From contig JBAZQI010000003.1 in NCBI GenBank assembly GCA_041645325.1, forward strand, positions 1 through 56,581: DNA of 56,581 bases, in the 5' to 3' direction. The notes under the pieces are model-generated. The model did no database searches and was not told where the DNA came from. It saw only the letters and a list, made by a program, of their open reading frames with translations. Position numbers and translations under genes: made by a program. The stretch comes from an archaeon (GTDB lineage Archaea; Iainarchaeota; Iainarchaeia; Iainarchaeales; GCA-2688035). This document shows positions 32,114 to 40,862 of the stretch, piece by piece (the stretch's first letter is position 1; each line of letters starts with the position of its first letter).

Positions 32114-33670
32114 ATGTTTTCCATCGGGAAAAAAGGCTTTTTTGGGCAAAGCCTTGAGGCAAAAATATTTGCTGCCATAATAGTTTTGGCTCTTTTTGCA
32201 AGGATTTTTGTGCTTTTTGCATTGCCTGACACTGCCCTGACAGACAGCATGTACCATTTGTCCATTACCAAATACATCGTGGAAAATCACGCCCTGCCTT
32301 TTTATGGAATACCGGAAGCAGGCGTGGTTGGCATGCCTGTTCCGTTGTTCCATATTTTAACAGCCGGCTTTTTCGTACTTTTCCAGTTGCCTGTTACCCT
32401 TGCCTTTGCAAAAGTGTTTCCGGCCATTTTCTCTTTCCTGCAGCTGCTGCTTTCTTTTTTGATTCTCAGGAAATTGTTTCCAAAAAACTGGGTTTTTGGT
32501 TTTGCGTTTGTGGCAATCAGCCCTTTATTGGTTATCTTTGGCGCGGTCAATTATCTGGAAACCCTTGCATCGGTAACAGTGCTGTTATGCTTTTTTGTCT
32601 ACTGGTGCTATGTTGAAACAGGCCGCAAAATTTTCCTTGTGGCAATGCCGCTTGCGCTCATGCTTCTTGCAATTTCCAAGGAAAATGCCACTGTTTTGGT
32701 TCCTGTGTTTTTTGTTTTTTTCCTGTATGAAATAATCAGGAAAATGCCTTCAAAAGGCTTGGGGCGCATTGCCTGGACTGCCGGCTTTGCAATTGCCTCT
32801 GTCCTTCTTTGCTCTGCATGGTTTGCCGTGAACTTTGCGGCAACAGGCAGCCTTGGCTCGGCTTTTGCCGCCGGCGCAGGCAGCATGGCTGCTGTACTGC
32901 AGGTTCCTGTCGGCTTTGAATCAATTTTCTTTTACCCGCTTAATTTCAATTCGGGCTTTTGGTTTTTCCTGCCGCAGGGCTTTGAATCAGCGCCTTTTGG
33001 AATTTCACAGGAACTGGCTTTTGCGGCCTTTACTTTGGTGAGTTTTCCTGTCCTGATGCTGGTTTTTTTTGGCCTTGCAAAAGGCCTTCTTGCCGGGAAA
33101 GAGCCGCGTTTCAAGGCTTTTCTTTTGCTTGGACTTTGCCTTGCCGTATCACTTGGAGTATTATTTTTGAGGGGCCAAAGGTTTGTGCATGGCAGGATGC
33201 TTTTGCCTGTGCTGCCCCTGCTAGGCATCGCCTTTTCCTGCGCGTTTGCGGAAATCAAAAGCGCCAATTGGAAAAGATTTTTGGCAGCCGTCTTCATGCT
33301 TTTTGCATTGTACTCTGCGGCCTTTTCAAGCCTTTATGCAATGCATTTCAACGAGGATTACAACAGCCATGCCCCCTTATACCAATTTGTCAAAGAGCTG
33401 CCGGAAGGCAGCATTGTGGCAATCCACGCAAACAAGGTAAGGCAGATTGAGTCCATTTCAGGCAAAGAAACTGTTCCCTACCCTAAATTTGCCGGGCTTG
33501 AGCCAAACCAGCTTTATTCAAAGCTTGTTGAGCTGAATGTTACGCATTTGGCGGAAACCTGCTACAAAAACCCCTGGGACAAGGTCATTTTGGATGAGCT
33601 TGAAAGCCAGGGCCTTATAGCAATTGTTTTTTCCGACAGCTGCTCAACTTTATATGACGTGAAAAGGTGA
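32114..33670 (+). CDS. Polytopic GT-C-like glycosyltransferase (ArnT/PMT, GT39/GT83-like) with a C-terminal soluble domain
   Basis: It has roughly 12 predicted TM helices, a first loop LPDTALTDSMYHLSITKYIVENHALPFYG, and a ~110-aa hydrophilic C-terminus. I prefer the ATG at 32114; the track ORF begins at 32015, inside the repeat element. Confidence 0.62.
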   Translation: MFSIGKKGFFGQSLEAKIFAAIIVLALFARIFVLFALPDTALTDSMYHLSITKYIVENHALPFYGIPEAGVVGMPVPLFHILTAGFFVLFQLPVTLAFAKVFPAIFSFLQLLLSFLILRKLFPKNWVFGFAFVAISPLLVIFGAVNYLETLASVTVLLCFFVYWCYVETGRKIFLVAMPLALMLLAISKENATVLVPVFFVFFLYEIIRKMPSKGLGRIAWTAGFAIASVLLCSAWFAVNFAATGSLGSAFAAGAGSMAAVLQVPVGFESIFFYPLNFNSGFWFFLPQGFESAPFGISQELAFAAFTLVSFPVLMLVFFGLAKGLLAGKEPRFKAFLLLGLCLAVSLGVLFLRGQRFVHGRMLLPVLPLLGIAFSCAFAEIKSANWKRFLAAVFMLFALYSAAFSSLYAMHFNEDYNSHAPLYQFVKELPEGSIVAIHANKVRQIESISGKETVPYPKFAGLEPNQLYSKLVELNVTHLAETCYKNPWDKVILDELESQGLIAIVFSDSCSTLYDVKR

Positions 33671-33676
33671 TTTTTT

Positions 33677-35248
33677 TTGGGAAAAGAGCTTTCTTTGATT
33701 GCAAGGGGCGCAGGGTTTTATTTTGCCGGCTTTGCCATTAGCAAGGTTTTGGCCTACATTTACAGGGTCCTGGTGGCAAGGACCCTAGGCCCTGCGGATT
33801 TCGGAATCTTTTCACTCGGCGTGGCTGTTCTTGGGATCGTGCTCGTTTTTGCCGCGCTTGGACTTTACCAGGGCATTCTTCATTTTGTGGCAGTGTACGA
33901 CAGCACAGGCGAGCCTGCAAAGGTAAGGGGAACAATCCTTTTTGGATTGAAGTTGCAGCTTGTTTCTTCCATTATTTTTGCGCTGGCAATGTTTTTGTCA
34001 GCGGATTTTGTCGCGGTTTATTTTTTCCACGAGCCCTCAGCCGCGCTCGTCATAAAGATTCTTTCCGTTGCCCTGCCGTTTTACGTGCTCACATCCAATT
34101 TGATGATTCTTGCACAGGCTTTCAAAAAAATCGAGTACAAGATTCTTTTAAGGAACGTGATTGAGAACATTATAAAGATTGCCATTACCGCCGCACTCAT
34201 TTTCTTCGGCTTCGGCCTGTTCGGCATAACAGCAGGCCTTGCCCTGAGCATTACCGCGACTTTCTTCATTTCGCTTTACCTTGTTCACAAAAAGGTTTTT
34301 CCGCTGTTCAAGCGCGGCGAAAAGCCGGTGTATTCCGCCAGGCAGATTTTTTCCTACAGCTGGCCGCTCCTGGCCGTGGGCTTTTTCAGTTTATTGCTTT
34401 CCTCCACAGACACGATAATGCTCGGCAATCTTTCTGAAGCCTATGATGTGGGCATTTATAACGTCGCACAGCCCACAGCAAACCTGCTTCTTATAGCGTC
34501 TTTCGCTTTCGGGTCCTTGTTTTTGCCGGTCATTACAGGGCTTTGGGCGCAGAAAAAAGTGGCGGAGTTTGCCACGACCTTTAAGGTTGTCACAAGATGG
34601 ACTGTTGCAACCGCTTTTCCCTGCCTGCTTTTTACCCTGCTGTTTGCCTCGGAAATCCTCGGCGTCATGTTTGGCAATGTTTATGCGGAGGGCGCAGGCG
34701 CCCTGATGATTTTGTCCCTGGGTGTCTTTTCAATGTCTTTGGGCGGTTCAACCTCCTCAATTCTCGAAAGCATCAGGAAAACAAAGCTGGTTTTCCTGAA
34801 TTCTGTTTTCTGCGGCCTGCTTAATGTCGCATTAAACGCATGGCTTATCCCGGTTTTTCAGCCAAGCGGAGACGCAATAATCGGCGCCGCTATCGGAACC
34901 GCGATTTCTTATTCATTGTGGAACCTGCTCGCCCTTGCAGAGGTTTACGCCCTGATAAAGATTCACCCCTATAACAGGGCATACATTTCGCCTATTGTTG
35001 CGTCCTTTATTTCCATTGCGGTGTTTTTTGCGCTTAAAGCCGCAATTCCCCCAATCCAGTCCTTTTCTTTCCCGATAAACTTTGTGGCATTGTCCGCCTT
35101 CGGCTGCTTTTTCCTCGCATTATACGGCCTTCTTTTTGTTGTGCTGCGCGGAATCCAGGCCGAAGACCTTGCTGTGTTAAAGAGCCTTGAAAACAAAACC
35201 GGGTTCAGGGTGAAGTTTGCAAGGGATTTCGTAAAAAGGTTCAGTTGA
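33677..35248 (+). CDS. Wzx-type oligosaccharide flippase (second copy)
   Basis: ARGAGFYFAGFAISKVLAYIYRVLVARTLGPADFGIFSLGVAV is present. The 523-aa protein is polytopic and has a TTG start. Confidence 0.82.
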   Translation: MGKELSLIARGAGFYFAGFAISKVLAYIYRVLVARTLGPADFGIFSLGVAVLGIVLVFAALGLYQGILHFVAVYDSTGEPAKVRGTILFGLKLQLVSSIIFALAMFLSADFVAVYFFHEPSAALVIKILSVALPFYVLTSNLMILAQAFKKIEYKILLRNVIENIIKIAITAALIFFGFGLFGITAGLALSITATFFISLYLVHKKVFPLFKRGEKPVYSARQIFSYSWPLLAVGFFSLLLSSTDTIMLGNLSEAYDVGIYNVAQPTANLLLIASFAFGSLFLPVITGLWAQKKVAEFATTFKVVTRWTVATAFPCLLFTLLFASEILGVMFGNVYAEGAGALMILSLGVFSMSLGGSTSSILESIRKTKLVFLNSVFCGLLNVALNAWLIPVFQPSGDAIIGAAIGTAISYSLWNLLALAEVYALIKIHPYNRAYISPIVASFISIAVFFALKAAIPPIQSFSFPINFVALSAFGCFFLALYGLLFVVLRGIQAEDLAVLKSLENKTGFRVKFARDFVKRFS

Positions 35249-35306
35249 TTTGCCGGCCAAAATCAGGGAAGCGGTTTTTTTGTCTGGCCAAGCATCAAAT
35301 CTTAGT

Positions 35307-36338
35307 TTAAATAATCCCTGCTTCCTTCAAAAGCAGCCTGAGTTCCTCCCTGCTGAGGGCCTTTGCATTTTTTGAATCAATGTTGCAGGTTTTGCCATAC
35401 TGGCTCTCTGTCTTTTTTTCCTGAATTGTGCCGACAAGGTCGGGCAAAGAATGAATCTTGAACATCAGCTCCTCTTCCTCCATGTTGCCGCATTCGTCCT
35501 GCGTCATCAATTCCTCAAACAGCTTTTCTCCGCAGCGCCTTCCGATTATTTTCCGCTTAATCTGCTCTGGCTTGAATCCATATGCCGGTGCAAGCTCTTC
35601 AATCATCACTTCCGCAAGGTCCTCAATCCTCATCACCGGCATTTTAAGGATATAAATGTCCCCGGCTTTTGCCTCGGTCGTTGCCTTCAGCACAAGGTCA
35701 ACTGCCTTCGAAATGCTCATGACAAAGCGCGTCATGTCAGTATCGGTTATGGTTACAGGGCCGCCTGCCTTTATCTGCTTCTTCATCAGCGGGATGACAG
35801 AGCCGTTGGAGTCAAGCACGTTTCCAAACCGGACACAGGAAAACACGGTCCTCTTTTTGCCCTTGTAGCTGTTTGCATTAATCGTCAGCCTTTCAGCAAG
35901 CAGCTTGGTTGCGCCCATGACATTCACGGGATTTACCGCCTTGTCAGTGCTGATTGTAATCATCTTTTCCACTTCTGCGTGCAAAGCAGCCTCAATCACG
36001 TTCTGCGTGCCGAAAACATTTGTCTTCGCCGCCTCAAAGGGATTGTATTCGCACAATGGCACATGCTTCAAAGCGGCTGCGTGGAAGATGATATCAATGT
36101 CTTCCACAGCCATCATCATTCTTTCCCTGTCCCTGATGTCGCCAATCAGAAACCCCACGTTCATGGGGGAGCCGAGCTCGTGCTTTAGCTCAAACTGCCT
36201 GTTTTCGTTTATATCAAGGCTTCTTACGCTTTTTGGCCTGAACTTGAGGATGCTTCTCAGGATTTCGCTTCCGATTGAACCGGCGCCTCCTGTAATCAGG
36301 ACCTTCTTTCCCTCAAAAAAGTTTTTGCGTGAAGCCAT
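35307..36338 (-). CDS. pseB: UDP-GlcNAc 4,6-dehydratase, PseB/FlaA1/CapD-like (Polysacc_synt_2)
   Basis: KKVLITGGAGSIGSEILRSIL is present. It is a soluble ~340-aa short form and the last gene of the nonulosonic acid operon. Confidence 0.82.
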   Translation of the reverse strand: MASRKNFFEGKKVLITGGAGSIGSEILRSILKFRPKSVRSLDINENRQFELKHELGSPMNVGFLIGDIRDRERMMMAVEDIDIIFHAAALKHVPLCEYNPFEAAKTNVFGTQNVIEAALHAEVEKMITISTDKAVNPVNVMGATKLLAERLTINANSYKGKKRTVFSCVRFGNVLDSNGSVIPLMKKQIKAGGPVTITDTDMTRFVMSISKAVDLVLKATTEAKAGDIYILKMPVMRIEDLAEVMIEELAPAYGFKPEQIKRKIIGRRCGEKLFEELMTQDECGNMEEEELMFKIHSLPDLVGTIQEKKTESQYGKTCNIDSKNAKALSREELRLLLKEAGII

Positions 36339-36344
36339 GCTAAT

Positions 36345-37475
36345 CTAGCTCTCCCTGAAAAAACTTTTAATACTATCCACTACAAAATCAATCTCTTTTT
36401 CCTTAATTCCTGGCCAAAAAGGGAGGGAAAGCGCCCTTTTCGACAGCCGCTCTGTAACAGGCAGCATTCCTTCTCCTGTTCCAAGCCTTCTTCTGTACAC
36501 TGCTTTCAAGTGCACCGGCCAAAAGTAAACCTTTGACATAATGCCCTGCTTTGCCAGGTGCTGCTGCAGGGAATCCCTGCTTTTTTCTTCCACAAAAACC
36601 GGGTACATCTGGTAGACCGGCCTGCTTGCCGGCAATTCCTTAAGCGTTTCAATTTTCTCAACCTCTGAAAGGGCTTTGGCGTAGTAAGCAGCCGCCTTGG
36701 CCCTCATTTCAATCATCTTCTCTGCTTTTGCAAGCTGGCTATTGGCAAGGGCAGCCAAGGCGCTGGGCATCCTGTAATTGTATCCAATCTCTGCATAGTC
36801 CTCCTGCCCTGTGCTTGAAAAGTAATCCTCGCTGCTCCTGCCGTGTGACCTTAAAAGCTTCAGCTTGCCGGCAAGCTCTTTGTCATCCGTTACAATCGCC
36901 CCGCCTTCACCCGCAGCAACAAGCTTGTTCTGGCAAAAGCTGTACATGCCGGCTTTTCCAAAACAACCCGCCATTTTTCCGCCAATCCTCGCGCCCAGCG
37001 ATTCCGCCGCGTCCTCCACCAATGCAATGCCTTTCTCTTCGGCTATCTCCGCAAGCCGTTCAATGTCCCTTGCCGCAAAGCCTGCATAATGGGTCGGCAG
37101 AATCGCGGCTGTTTTTCCGGTTATCCTTTTTTCCACGTCATTTGCTTCCAGTGCACAGGTATCGGCTTCGATATCGGCAAACACAGGCTTGCCGCCGGCC
37201 AGCAGCACAGCATTAACGCTTGAAATAAACGTAAAACTCGGCACAATCACTTCTTTGCCATTTACGCCCAACGCAAGAAGCGCGGCATGCAATGCGCTTG
37301 TCCCGCTGTTGAAGGCAACAGCATGGTTCCTGCCGCAATACTCCTTCAGGCTTTCTTCAAAGCAGGCTATCTCAGGCCCCTCCGCCCAAAAGCTTCCCCT
37401 GCTTATGACTGAGCCAACGGCCTTGAGGTCGGCCTTGTCCCAGCTGATTCTGAACAGAGGAATTTTCCAGTCCAA
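36345..37475 (-). CDS. pseC: DegT/DnrJ/EryC1-family PLP-dependent sugar aminotransferase (PseC-like)
   Basis: VIVPSFTFISSVNAVLLAGGKPVFADIE...SFCQNKLVAAGEGGAIV carries the lysine in the expected context. Confidence 0.88.
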   Translation of the reverse strand: MDWKIPLFRISWDKADLKAVGSVISRGSFWAEGPEIACFEESLKEYCGRNHAVAFNSGTSALHAALLALGVNGKEVIVPSFTFISSVNAVLLAGGKPVFADIEADTCALEANDVEKRITGKTAAILPTHYAGFAARDIERLAEIAEEKGIALVEDAAESLGARIGGKMAGCFGKAGMYSFCQNKLVAAGEGGAIVTDDKELAGKLKLLRSHGRSSEDYFSSTGQEDYAEIGYNYRMPSALAALANSQLAKAEKMIEMRAKAAAYYAKALSEVEKIETLKELPASRPVYQMYPVFVEEKSRDSLQQHLAKQGIMSKVYFWPVHLKAVYRRRLGTGEGMLPVTERLSKRALSLPFWPGIKEKEIDFVVDSIKSFFRES

Positions 37476-37480
37476 TCAAA

Positions 37481-37885
37481 TCACTTCTCCAGCTTTTTCA
37501 CAACCCTTGCAGGGATTCCAAACGCGACCACGCCAGCCGGCACATCCTTGTTCACAAAACTGTGCACCCCTATTACGCTGTTTTTCCCGATTGTCACGCC
37601 TGGCATTATCACAGTGTGGCTTCCGACCCTGCAGCCCTCTTCCAGCACAACCTTTCCTTTCTTGCCGTCAATTGTTGACTCGCTGTAAATGCTGCAATGT
37701 GACCCGATTTGCACGTTGTCGCCGATTTCAACGCCGTGCTTTGCATGGATATAAGTAAAAGCTCCGATGTCTGTCCTGTTCCCAAGCTTCAAACCCTCTT
37801 TGTGCTGAACCATCCAATTGTACTTTGTCAGCTTCCCTTCCTCAATTTTTGGGAATTCCCATTCTTTGAATCTTTCTCCGACCAT
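37481..37885 (-). CDS. Small left-handed beta-helix (hexapeptide repeat) acetyltransferase
   Basis: Hexapeptide repeats run IGDNVQIGSHCSIY...VLEEGCRVGSHTVIMPGVTIGKNSVIG. It is 134 aa. Confidence 0.8.
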   Translation of the reverse strand: MVGERFKEWEFPKIEEGKLTKYNWMVQHKEGLKLGNRTDIGAFTYIHAKHGVEIGDNVQIGSHCSIYSESTIDGKKGKVVLEEGCRVGSHTVIMPGVTIGKNSVIGVHSFVNKDVPAGVVAFGIPARVVKKLEK

Positions 37886-37898
37886 TTTCTCACCTTGC

Positions 37899-39707
37899 CT
37901 AAATGTCTTCCGCTAGTTTTTCAATAATATGCTTTGCCCTTTCAAGGCCTTTTCCGTCCACAAAAAGCCTGCCATTCCTGCCCAAACTTTTTCTCAGTTC
38001 AAAGTTTGCCGCAAGCTTTTCAACGGCTTTTGAAATTTGCCCTGTGCTTGTTTCTTTAAACAATCCCAGATTGATAACGGCTTTTGCTTTTTCAAAAGCG
38101 TTTGCAATTCCAAGCTGGTGGCCGTAAACGCTTTCAGCCGCTGCCACAACGGTTGGAACGCCCAAAGAACAGAGCTCGTACAAGGAAATTCCTGCAGCAG
38201 AAACAGCCATGTCCGATTCCTGCATCAGTTCAAACATTTTTTGCACAGGAATGTTTTTTTCTATTCGCACTTCTTTGGAGCTTGCCTTGGCCAATTCCCT
38301 CAGCTCTTTTTCGTTGGCATAAATCGGCCCGATAACCGCCGTGGCCTTAAAATTTCCAGGCACTTTGCCCAATGCCTTTACAACCGATGCCGTTGCATTT
38401 TCCTTGTCTGCTCCGCCCATTGTGACAAGAACTTTTTTGACATTTTCAGAAATCAACACCCTGTCTGCTCCGGCAAACTGTTTTGCAAGAATGATATATT
38501 TTGGCCCACTAAAATAAGATGTTTTGCCATTGCTTTCCTCTTCATTGTTTTTTTTAGGGAAAACGTTTGCGTTAATCACTGCGTCAGCGCCGTCCAATTG
38601 CAATGCTTTTGGATAGTTGGCTATTACAACTGTTCTTTTTGCTATCTTTGACACCCCTTTGATAAATCGATCGTTCAAAATCTTGTATTCCACAATAAAC
38701 AGGATGTTATTTTCTTTTGCAAAGCTTTCAAGCAACTGGCAGCTTCCCCTTATTTCTGAATCCAGGCCTTTCCATGCAGGATGCACCACAACATTGTACC
38801 CTCTTTTTTTAATCAGTTCAACGCCTTGCTTATTGTCTTCTGTAATAAAGGCTATCGCATATTTTTCCTTCAGCGAATCCGCAAGGTTAAGGCTTCTGGT
38901 AATGCATCCAATGCCAATTTTTGGATTGCTGTCTGCCCTTATCACAATCATTGTTTTCCTCATTTTTTTCACAGCCTCTTCTATATGCCGGTTGATGCCC
39001 GCAATTTCCGGGTGCCGGTCCAGGAAGTAGATTGCTTCTTCTGAGGAAATAATCCTGTCTGGCCTGTACAATTCCTTAAAAACAGCCCTGACCATGGCAA
39101 GGTCTTCTTTTGTGTCAACAGTCAGCTTTATCTCCGGCCTGACCAGCCCTTTCGGCGCACTTACCTCTTCCACCTTGAATAAAGGCCTGTATCTCCTGAT
39201 GAACAGCGTTACGTGCTCTTTTTCGTCCGCCTGCTTTGTGTTCTCAGCAACCTTTTTCAATGCGTTTGTTGAAACAATTTCAACCCCTGTTCCAAGCGCA
39301 TAACCGTTTTTTACTCCGGTAATGCTGTTGTTAAAGGTGTAATCTGCTTTCTTTTCCAAATGCCTTTTAATCGCCTTTTCCATCCCTTCTACCGAAATAA
39401 GCGGCTGGTCTGCCCCAACCCTTGCAATGACATCAACGTTAAATTTTTCCGCAGCTCCAAGAAACCTTTCCAAAACGTTTTCTTCACTTCCGGCAAAGCT
39501 TTTCACGCCATTTTTTTCCGCAATCTCTTTTAAGCAACGGTTTTCTTCCTTGTCCGGAACTGCAATAATCACCTGATTAATCGCATTGCATGCCTTCAGC
39601 CTTGCTATAACCTGCTCCAGCATGGTCTTGTCTTCGATTTTTTCAAGAACCTTGTTTTTCAGGCGGGTGCTTCCAACCCTTGCCTGCACAATCGCAGCAA
39701 CCTTCAT
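37899..39707 (-). CDS. Fusion of a SpsF/PseF-type cytidylyltransferase (N-terminal ~250 aa) with a PseG-like UDP-sugar hydrolase (GT28-C-like, C-terminal ~350 aa)
   Basis: The N-terminus AAIVQARVGSTRLKNKVL is the COG1861 cytidylyltransferase signature. From MIVIRADSNPKIGIGCITRSLNLADSLKEK onward plus VLVTMGGADKEN...AVSAAGISLYELCSLGVPTVV follows the PseG pattern. Confidence 0.8.
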   Translation of the reverse strand: MKVAAIVQARVGSTRLKNKVLEKIEDKTMLEQVIARLKACNAINQVIIAVPDKEENRCLKEIAEKNGVKSFAGSEENVLERFLGAAEKFNVDVIARVGADQPLISVEGMEKAIKRHLEKKADYTFNNSITGVKNGYALGTGVEIVSTNALKKVAENTKQADEKEHVTLFIRRYRPLFKVEEVSAPKGLVRPEIKLTVDTKEDLAMVRAVFKELYRPDRIISSEEAIYFLDRHPEIAGINRHIEEAVKKMRKTMIVIRADSNPKIGIGCITRSLNLADSLKEKYAIAFITEDNKQGVELIKKRGYNVVVHPAWKGLDSEIRGSCQLLESFAKENNILFIVEYKILNDRFIKGVSKIAKRTVVIANYPKALQLDGADAVINANVFPKKNNEEESNGKTSYFSGPKYIILAKQFAGADRVLISENVKKVLVTMGGADKENATASVVKALGKVPGNFKATAVIGPIYANEKELRELAKASSKEVRIEKNIPVQKMFELMQESDMAVSAAGISLYELCSLGVPTVVAAAESVYGHQLGIANAFEKAKAVINLGLFKETSTGQISKAVEKLAANFELRKSLGRNGRLFVDGKGLERAKHIIEKLAEDI

Positions 39708-39714
39708 AGAAAAT

Positions 39715-40764
39715 TTACTCCAAGTCTTCCAAAGAAATCAGTTCGTCTTCTTTTATGCCTTTTTTTGCCTTTTTTCCAACAACCTCAGGCAATCGCTTGC
39801 TTGGCAGGCCAGTTCCCGGCCTTTTGATTGCAAGCATTTTTTCCTGCAAAACCGTGCCTTTTGCTATGTCCTGGTTTGCTGTAATGCTTCTCCTCATGGC
39901 CTTTTTGAGCTCTTCCTCGCCATTCGTCGGCTTCTTTTCCCCTGTTCCCAAAGCCTTTTCCGCAAGCCTTATATCTTCCACTATTTTCTTCAATTCTTCC
40001 GGGTTTGCCGATGCCTTGTGGTCAAATCCCCACATATCCTTGTCCAGGGTAAAATGCTTTTCAAACAGCTTTGCCCCGGCTGCAACCGCAACCGGCGCGA
40101 TGAATGTGCCGGCGCTGTGGTCGCTGAAGCCGGCAGGAACGCCAAACTCTTTTTCCATCGCCTCAATCGCCCTCAGGTTGCTTTCCTCCACTTTTGCAGG
40201 ATACTGTGCCAGGCAGTGGAGCAATGCAATTTCTTTTGCGCCGTTTTGTTTCAGAACATTTACTGCCTCTTTTACTTCCTTCAAGTCGCTCATTCCTGTT
40301 GACAGGATTAGCGGCTTGCCTGTCTTGGCAAACCTTCTGAGCAAAGGAATGTTTGTGATGTCGCAGGAAGCAATTTTTAATGCCTTGACCCCGATGCTTT
40401 CCAAGAATTCAATGCTTTCGGCATCGCATGCCGATGCAAAAAGCGTTATGCCTTTTTTCTTTGCATAATCAAAGGCTTCCCTGCACATCTCCTGCGTAAA
40501 CTCAACCTTTTTGATTGCGTCAAATACCGAGCTGTCTTCTCCTCCTTCCAGCCTGATGTGCTGCCCTTCTACGACCTTTTTTGACAAAAGCTTGCCTGTC
40601 TTAAACATCTGGAATTTTACCGAGTCAGCGCCTGCTTCCACTGCAACGTCAATAAGCCGTTTTGCCAAATCAAGCCTGCCATTGTGGTTAATGCCTGCTT
40701 CTGCTATCACATAGCACGGCTGCCCCTGCCCTATTTCCCTGCTTCCAATCCTGATATTTTGCAT
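39715..40764 (-). CDS. pseI: Nonulosonic acid synthase (PseI/NeuB family) with a C-terminal SAF domain
   Basis: CYVIAEAGINHNGRLDLAKRLIDVAVEAGADSVKFQ, FSDHS and the C-terminal SAF-type IAKGTVLQEKMLAIKRPGTG are present. Confidence 0.9.
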   Translation of the reverse strand: MQNIRIGSREIGQGQPCYVIAEAGINHNGRLDLAKRLIDVAVEAGADSVKFQMFKTGKLLSKKVVEGQHIRLEGGEDSSVFDAIKKVEFTQEMCREAFDYAKKKGITLFASACDAESIEFLESIGVKALKIASCDITNIPLLRRFAKTGKPLILSTGMSDLKEVKEAVNVLKQNGAKEIALLHCLAQYPAKVEESNLRAIEAMEKEFGVPAGFSDHSAGTFIAPVAVAAGAKLFEKHFTLDKDMWGFDHKASANPEELKKIVEDIRLAEKALGTGEKKPTNGEEELKKAMRRSITANQDIAKGTVLQEKMLAIKRPGTGLPSKRLPEVVGKKAKKGIKEDELISLEDLE

Positions 40765-40862
40765 AGTTTCCCCTAAATGATTTTCCGAAAAGAAAAGCTG
40801 TCTCTTATTTATCTGCCTCTTTTTAGTTTAAAATGCGCTTGGTTCAATTGTCGAATCTGGCT

